The position numbers and the translations under genes are program-made. Under the pieces are notes generated by a model. It had not been told where the DNA came from and made no database searches. It saw nothing but the letters and a program-made list of their open reading frames with translations. This document shows positions 36,099 to 42,064 of a stretch of DNA of 42,064 bases, one piece after another (position 1 is the first letter of the stretch; each line of letters begins with the position of its first letter). The DNA comes from Nitrospinota bacterium (GTDB lineage: Bacteria > Nitrospinota > Nitrospinia > Nitrospinales > VA-1): the NCBI GenBank assembly GCA_038108555.1, contig JAYNIA010000002.1, positions 1 to 42,064 of the forward strand, in the 5' to 3' direction.

Positions 36099-37166
36099 CT
36101 GAATAAAATCAAACGCATCGCATACTATATCAGTTCCCATGGTTATGGACACGCTTCGCGTTCTGTTCCTGTATTAAAGCAGCTCACGGCACACCATCAG
36201 GTATTTATAAAATCGGCTATCCATTCCGGGTTTTTCGATGACAACCTGGAACAAAACTACCAGCACATTGAGCAAAATGTGGATGCCGGTTGCCAACATT
36301 CAAAATCCCTTCTCATCGACACAGAAAAATCTTTTCAGGCCCTGGGTGCCTTTTTTAAAAATTCACCTTTAAATGAAGAAGAAAAATGGTTAACCGAAAA
36401 CAAAATTGACATTGTCATTTCCGATGTGGCAAGCATGCCACTCAAAGCTGCAAATAATTTACACCTGCCCTCTCTCCTGATAGGAAATTTCACATGGCAT
36501 GACATTTATTCTCACATACAGGATTCAGAAAAATATACCGAGTGGGTTCAAGCTCTGGCTGAGGAATATTCACACGCAAACTTGCAAGTACTTCCACAAT
36601 GCCATTTGAATAACGATGTTATTAAAAACAAAAGGGAGGTTGGATTCATCGCGAACAAAGGAAAAAACATACGAAAAAAATTGCTAAACCACCTTGGGAA
36701 AAGTGCGAAAAATAAGATCCTTGTTTTTATTTATTTGGGAGTCCATGGAACAGACTCTGTGAAATGGAAAAACCTTGAAGATATAAAGGATTGCCTGTTT
36801 TTAACCCGTGACCCTGTTGCTTCATCCCAAGGGCCTCTCCATATCATAAATGATGAATTCTCCTACCATGATTTAATGGCTAGTTCGGATATAATACTCA
36901 CCAAGGGCGGTTACTCTACCCTGGCCACCACATTTGCAAACCATAAACCCGTCGTCACCTGTGAGAGGAAGGATTTTTACGAATTCGAAGCCATTCGCGA
37001 ATATCTGAAAAACCGCGATATAGGAATCATTGTCGGCGACCACCCATTTTATGAGGGAGACTGGCAGGAACCCATCAAGGATGCCCTGAAATTAACCGTT
37101 AAGAATAAAGTCCCCCTGAACGGGGAAACAGAAATTTTTGAAATTGTCCAACAGATGCTTTCATGA
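36099..37166 (+). CDS. GT-B fold glycosyltransferase-like protein, start upstream of the ORF-track call
   Basis: The frame is open from 36084 and contains IAYYISSHGYGHASR before the GTG at 36279. Also DIVISD, NFTW and DIILTKGGYST. The CTG start at 36099 is tentative. Confidence 0.82.
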   Translation: MNKIKRIAYYISSHGYGHASRSVPVLKQLTAHHQVFIKSAIHSGFFDDNLEQNYQHIEQNVDAGCQHSKSLLIDTEKSFQALGAFFKNSPLNEEEKWLTENKIDIVISDVASMPLKAANNLHLPSLLIGNFTWHDIYSHIQDSEKYTEWVQALAEEYSHANLQVLPQCHLNNDVIKNKREVGFIANKGKNIRKKLLNHLGKSAKNKILVFIYLGVHGTDSVKWKNLEDIKDCLFLTRDPVASSQGPLHIINDEFSYHDLMASSDIILTKGGYSTLATTFANHKPVVTCERKDFYEFEAIREYLKNRDIGIIVGDHPFYEGDWQEPIKDALKLTVKNKVPLNGETEIFEIVQQMLS

Positions 37167-38113
37167 ATAATCCTGATATCACTTTAGTCATCACCAACTG
37201 GAATGGGAAAGATCTGCTTCGGGAATGTCTGCCAAGTATTCGCAAAGCCGTGGCCTTCGATACAAAACGATCCTATGAAATCATGGTGGTGGATGACTGC
37301 AGCACGGATGAAAGCCTTGAAGTTCTGGAAAATGAGTTTCCCAAAGTAAGAAGAGTAAAAACTCCCGTTAATATGGGATTCCAGAAGGCGAATAATTACG
37401 GAATCGAACAGGCCCAATCCAGGCTCGTTATGCCCATGAATAACGACATCAAACTGGACGAGGATGCTCTCTTCTTTTTAGCTGAGCATTTTGAAAAAGG
37501 AGATGTCTTTTCCGTGAGTGGAAAGTTTTTTGGATTCGATGGAAAAACTTTTCTCTATGGAAACCGGGGAGGTTATTTCAAAAACGGGCATTTCTACCTC
37601 TATGAAAAACCTCCGGAAGATAAAAGCCAAACCCTGTTCGCCTGTGGGGGAGCTTTCATGGTGGATCGCAAACGCTACCTGGAGCTGGGAGGATTCGACA
37701 ACCTCTACCACCCTCTTTACTATGAAGAAATAGATTTATCTTACCGGGCACTAAAAAGAGGATGGGAAGTTCGTTACGAACCCAAATCCATCGCTTACCA
37801 CAAAGTTCAATCCACAATTACCAAACAGGAAAAAAGGAGAAGCATTGAATTAATTTCTGCACGTAATAATTACCTGTTCGTCTGGAAAAACATTTTAGAT
37901 CCCTCTTTGACCCTGCAGTTTATTTTCTTTATTCCCATTTTTCTTCTTCGTGATCTCTTCAAACTTAAAAGCCGGTTCTGGATCGCTTTTTTTATGGCCA
38001 TCAAAAGAATGCCCGCTGCCCTTAAATCACGAAAAGAAGAGAAAAGGGACACGTTGATTTCAGACCATGAAATTTTGAGCAGAATAAATATAAATTCAGA
38101 ATACCGGGCCTAA
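37163..38113 (+). CDS. Glycosyltransferase family 2
   Basis: VITNWNG, VVDDCSTD, NMGFQKANN, NND and YYEEIDLSYR. ATGA overlap with the upstream gene. Confidence 0.94.
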   Translation: MNNPDITLVITNWNGKDLLRECLPSIRKAVAFDTKRSYEIMVVDDCSTDESLEVLENEFPKVRRVKTPVNMGFQKANNYGIEQAQSRLVMPMNNDIKLDEDALFFLAEHFEKGDVFSVSGKFFGFDGKTFLYGNRGGYFKNGHFYLYEKPPEDKSQTLFACGGAFMVDRKRYLELGGFDNLYHPLYYEEIDLSYRALKRGWEVRYEPKSIAYHKVQSTITKQEKRRSIELISARNNYLFVWKNILDPSLTLQFIFFIPIFLLRDLFKLKSRFWIAFFMAIKRMPAALKSRKEEKRDTLISDHEILSRININSEYRA

Positions 38114-38118
38114 ACTCC

Positions 38119-39075
38119 ATGCCAAAAATTAATATTTTTTGTCAGGCATCCTTTAAAAAGGGTTTGGGACATCTGATACGGCAAATTCATATCGCAAATG
38201 AATTAAGAGCTCGAAATGCTGATGTCTTCTTTTACATCCCCAAATTCCAGACGGCAGAAGATATTATTAAAGATCATAATTTTTCGTTCTCCATAGTTGA
38301 GAATTTTGACTCAGGATTTTCAGAGATAACCGAACCAACAGATGTGACTCTCCTTGACATCCAAGACACCACCGCCACACTGATAAAAAACCTACGAAAA
38401 CAGTCTAAAAAAATTATCAGTTTCGAAGATCAGGGGGATGGTAGAAACCATGTCGACTTGTTGATCGATTGCAACTTACATCCAGAAGATTCTAAATCCA
38501 TTCCAACCCAAATCCTGTACGGCCTACCCTATTCCGTTCTGGCTCCGGAGTTTGAAAAACTCCATTCAAAGGAAAGGCATTTTGAGGGCCAGATTCAATC
38601 ACTCCTCATCACCTTTGGTGGAACCGATCCACACAACATAACTCTCGATCTCACCAAACACATTCCCAATGAAACCAAAGCCACTATCATTGCTGGCCCC
38701 GGTTTTAATAGTTTCCAGAAACTGAAGGAACTTGACTCCAATCGCTTTTGTGTCGTTCAAAATATTCAGGATATGGCGAGTATGCTTGCCAGTTTTGATG
38801 CTGTATTTTGTTCTGGTGGCGTGACATTACACGAAGCCATGTGTGTGGGAACCCCGGCGTTTGTCATCAGCCAGGTCCCCCATCAGGAAGACAAAGCCAA
38901 AGCCGCAGAAAAATCGGGAGCCGCTATTAATCTGGGTCAGGCACATTCCTGGAACAAGGATCGTCTTCCAGAGATTTTTCAATTGGAAAAAAAAGATCTG
39001 CTTGCGATGAGCACTGCCGGAAAAAACCAGATCGATGGAAAGGGTTTACAAAGAATTATAGAGTTTATTCTTTAA
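38119..39075 (+). CDS. PseG/SpsG-like GT28-fold UDP-sugar hydrolase/transferase
   Basis: GLGHLIR, ITFGGTDP, SGGVTLHEA..VGTP and HQ motifs. Confidence 0.85.
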   Translation: MPKINIFCQASFKKGLGHLIRQIHIANELRARNADVFFYIPKFQTAEDIIKDHNFSFSIVENFDSGFSEITEPTDVTLLDIQDTTATLIKNLRKQSKKIISFEDQGDGRNHVDLLIDCNLHPEDSKSIPTQILYGLPYSVLAPEFEKLHSKERHFEGQIQSLLITFGGTDPHNITLDLTKHIPNETKATIIAGPGFNSFQKLKELDSNRFCVVQNIQDMASMLASFDAVFCSGGVTLHEAMCVGTPAFVISQVPHQEDKAKAAEKSGAAINLGQAHSWNKDRLPEIFQLEKKDLLAMSTAGKNQIDGKGLQRIIEFIL

Positions 39076-42064
39076 TTCTCTTTTTCTTCCTCCACCCAGA
39101 AATTATTCAGTTGGTTGACGCCAGTTCCAACACCAGGATCAATCCCCTCTGTTTTTACCAGCTCATAATTCTGGGAAAACACATCAACAATAACGGGTCC
39201 CGGACCAGGTTGAGGTTGGTCGATTCCTCCGGAAACCGTTGAGGTGCTTCCGCCTGGAATTGTCTGATTCCCCTGCTCTACAACCATTGCAAGATTTTCT
39301 ACGATATTAATTGTCTGATCAACTGAGGCTTCACCCACGGTCTCAGTCGTGCCCGACAAAGTCTGATCCGATGTTGAAGCTGTAACGGTAGCAGGGATTC
39401 CAGTTGTAGTTAGAGCTGCAGAAGTAATCTCAATGGCATTTGCTGTGGTACCAAAGGTTCCACCTCCCGTCGTCACAGCAACCGTTCCACTAGCAGCCGT
39501 AAGGTCTTCATTCGTATCTCCTCCATCTAGGATATTACCGCTTGCAGTATTCAAAGTGATTGCTGCAGTGGTTGCATTGGTGGTTGTCATTTGTCCCAGG
39601 GTTATATCTTCGTCGGCGATTCCTGTAATCGTTCCAGACCCCGCATTAAAAACGGTGCCATCGGCCATGGTTAATGCGCCACCCGATCCGGCATCTGAGG
39701 TGGCATCGTCATCGGCAGTCACGGAGATATTGCCATTGGTACTGGAGATATCACCTGCAGCGGTAAAAATAACATCGTCATCCGCGGAAAGAGTTATGGC
39801 CCCTGCATTCGTTGTCAATGTGTTCTGGATATTCAGGGCATTTCCACCATCTACGGTGATACTTAGTGCCGCCCCGCTACCATTCATGGTGATCGCATTG
39901 GATACCGTTGTAGCCGCATTTGTTTGAAGTATTAAATCCCCGCCAATGTCTCCCGAACTGATGGTTCCAAGTGTTAGAGCCGTTGTTCCATTATCAAAAC
40001 TTACATCACCCCCGGTACCGCTAGTCGAAAAACTCACTTGACCCGTCACTGCATTTTGTGAATCGAGAGTAATCGCCTTATCAGCTACGTCGGTAGTAAA
40101 CCCTGCCGTACCTCCAACCGTAATCACACCACTGTCTGTAATAGCTTCCCCTGAAGTAACTAACAGGTTTTGTCCCACTGTTACAGTCCCCAGATTTAAT
40201 GCTGTAGTTCCATTATCAATTGTCACATCACCTGTTCCGCTAGTAGAAAAGCTAACTGCACCTGTCAGAGCATTCGTGGCAGTATTGAGTGTAATGCTAT
40301 TGCCTGCTGCAGTGGTCGTAAACGATGAAGTTCCAGTTACCGTTAAAGCACCTGATTGAGTTATAGCACCCGCATCACTGGTCACCACCAGATTGCCATT
40401 CACCGTATGTCCTGCCAATGCAATCGCAGCATCAGAACGTAACGACAGGTCACCCTCCGTTGTAAAGCCTGCAAGACTAATAGCAGTACTGCCATTATCG
40501 AGTGTTATATCTGCATTATTTGTGCCTGAAGATTGAGTGATAAATGTGATCGCTCCTGTGATGGCATTGGAAGTATTATCCAAAGTGATATTGGTATCTC
40601 CGGTATCCGTTGTGAAAGTTGCAGTTCCAGCCACTGTTAAGGAGCCTGATTGCGAAATTGGGGAACCCGAAGTCGCTGAAAAATTCTGGCCCACAGAAAC
40701 CGTACCCAGGTTTAATGCCGTTACCCCATTATCTATGGTTACATTTGCAGCACCGGTATGCGTGATACTCACTGCCCCCGTCATGGCATTGGTCGTGGTA
40801 TCCAGAGTGATCACCTGGCCTGCCACATCAGAATTATAGGAAGATGTTCCTGAAACTGTTATCACACCACTGTCCGTGATTCCTCCCCCACCGGTAACAG
40901 AAAGGTTTCCATTCGCAGTCACCGTTCCTAAATTGAGGGCTGTTGTTCCATTGTCAACTGTCACGTTACCTGAAGTACCCAGCGTGGAAAAAGATACCGC
41001 TCCCGTCATAGCATTTGTGGTTGTATCGAGAGTGATAGCCTGATCCGCAACATCTGCTGTGAAACTGGAAGTGCCCGCAACTGTAATTACACCACTATCG
41101 GTAATTCCTCCACCGGAAGTCGCGGAAAAATTCTGCCCCACTGAAATCGTACCCAGATTCAACGCCGTTGTTCCATTATCAATAGCAACATCCGCCGCAC
41201 CGGTATGAGTGATGCTCACCGCACCGGTCATTGCATTAACTGAATCCAGAGTGATCGTTTGACCCGCAACATCCGAGGTAAACTGAGACGTCCCCGCAAC
41301 CGTGATCACACCACTGTCGGAAATTCCACCGCCGGAAGTTGCTGAAAAGTTTTGACCCGCTGTCACTGTTCCCAGGTTCAACGCGGTTGTGCCATTGTCA
41401 ATGGCAATATCTGCCGCACCACTATTAGCCAGGCTTACGGAACCTGTAAGAGCATTGGTAGTTGTTGCCAAAGAAATACCCTGCCCCGACCCTGCAGAGA
41501 AGCTGGAGGTACCACTCACGGTCAAAGCACCTGTCTGGCTAATTGCCCCACTGCTGCTGGTTACCGAAAGGTTTCCATTCACAGTATGCGCTTGAACATC
41601 GATAGCTTGTGTGGTCTCTAAAGTCAGATTACCTTCTGTAGTAAATGCTGCGAGACTGATCGCGGTGGAACCATTATTAAACGTCACATCCGCTCCGTTC
41701 CCCCCCGCGGTTTGTGTCGTAAACGTCAATGCTCCGGTAATGGCGTTGGAACTATCCAATACGATATCGATGTCATCCACATCAGTAACAAAAGTTCCCG
41801 TTCCCGCAACCGTAATCACACCACTATCGGTGATCCCTCCTCCTGAAGTTGCCGTGAAATTCTGCCCTACAGAAACCGTACCGAGATTCAATGCTGTCGT
41901 TCCATTATCAATGGTTACATCGGCTGCACCGGTATGTGTAATGCTCACCGCTCCGGTCATCGCATTGGTGGTTGTATCCAAAGTGATCACCTGGCCCGCA
42001 ACATCTGAGTTAAACAACGACGTTCCCGCAACCGTGATCACACCACTGTCGGAAATGCCACCGC
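39072..42064 (-). CDS. C-terminal part of a giant repetitive Thr/Gly/Ala-rich surface protein (FHA-like beta-solenoid adhesin)
   Basis: The frame stays open to the window end. Repeats of about 75 aa (ITDSGVITVAGTS.F..DVA...ITLDTTTNAMTGAVS...DNGTTALNLGTV). Stop overlaps that of the convergent gene. Confidence 0.9.
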   Translation of the reverse strand, partial: GGISDSGVITVAGTSLFNSDVAGQVITLDTTTNAMTGAVSITHTGAADVTIDNGTTALNLGTVSVGQNFTATSGGGITDSGVITVAGTGTFVTDVDDIDIVLDSSNAITGALTFTTQTAGGNGADVTFNNGSTAISLAAFTTEGNLTLETTQAIDVQAHTVNGNLSVTSSSGAISQTGALTVSGTSSFSAGSGQGISLATTTNALTGSVSLANSGAADIAIDNGTTALNLGTVTAGQNFSATSGGGISDSGVITVAGTSQFTSDVAGQTITLDSVNAMTGAVSITHTGAADVAIDNGTTALNLGTISVGQNFSATSGGGITDSGVITVAGTSSFTADVADQAITLDTTTNAMTGAVSFSTLGTSGNVTVDNGTTALNLGTVTANGNLSVTGGGGITDSGVITVSGTSSYNSDVAGQVITLDTTTNAMTGAVSITHTGAANVTIDNGVTALNLGTVSVGQNFSATSGSPISQSGSLTVAGTATFTTDTGDTNITLDNTSNAITGAITFITQSSGTNNADITLDNGSTAISLAGFTTEGDLSLRSDAAIALAGHTVNGNLVVTSDAGAITQSGALTVTGTSSFTTTAAGNSITLNTATNALTGAVSFSTSGTGDVTIDNGTTALNLGTVTVGQNLLVTSGEAITDSGVITVGGTAGFTTDVADKAITLDSQNAVTGQVSFSTSGTGGDVSFDNGTTALTLGTISSGDIGGDLILQTNAATTVSNAITMNGSGAALSITVDGGNALNIQNTLTTNAGAITLSADDDVIFTAAGDISSTNGNISVTADDDATSDAGSGGALTMADGTVFNAGSGTITGIADEDITLGQMTTTNATTAAITLNTASGNILDGGDTNEDLTAASGTVAVTTGGGTFGTTANAIEITSAALTTTGIPATVTASTSDQTLSGTTETVGEASVDQTINIVENLAMVVEQGNQTIPGGSTSTVSGGIDQPQPGPGPVIVDVFSQNYELVKTEGIDPGVGTGVNQLNNFWVEEEKEN

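Overview
42-kb chromosomal window with about 38 protein-coding genes. I found no rRNA, tRNA, CRISPR array, integrase or transposase. The gene content (three pentapeptide-repeat proteins, CBS pairs, Sel1/TPR proteins, a CPQPRKT-type cytochrome c and a cupredoxin/carboxypeptidase-regulatory-like protein) is suggestive of a Nitrospina-like bacterium, which is an inference only. Main blocks: a truncated fibre-like surface protein at the left edge, SulP transporter, orphan signalling proteins, MBL and FAH hydrolases, DUF932, an HDO/EgtD-like/FGE group, a CHASE kinase plus NtrC regulator with its sigma54 target operon, a TMTC-like glycosyltransferase, CPA2 antiporter, thiO-bioA-PTPS operon, glycosyltransferase operon, and a giant repetitive adhesin at the right edge. 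Highlights missed by the ORF track: (1) frame +2 of 1-868 encodes an Ala-heptad stalk capped by a domain resembling the C-terminal domain of animal CTHRC1; (2) a consensus sigma54 promoter precedes an unannotated 49-aa protein and a stand-alone FliA-like sigma region 4 with an altered recognition helix; (3) a readable UAS/sigma54/structured-leader circuit lies upstream of a putative copper protein and cytochrome c; (4) the QueD-family gene carries the PTPS-III folate-bypass signature; (5) a glycosyltransferase appears to need a non-canonical start codon.
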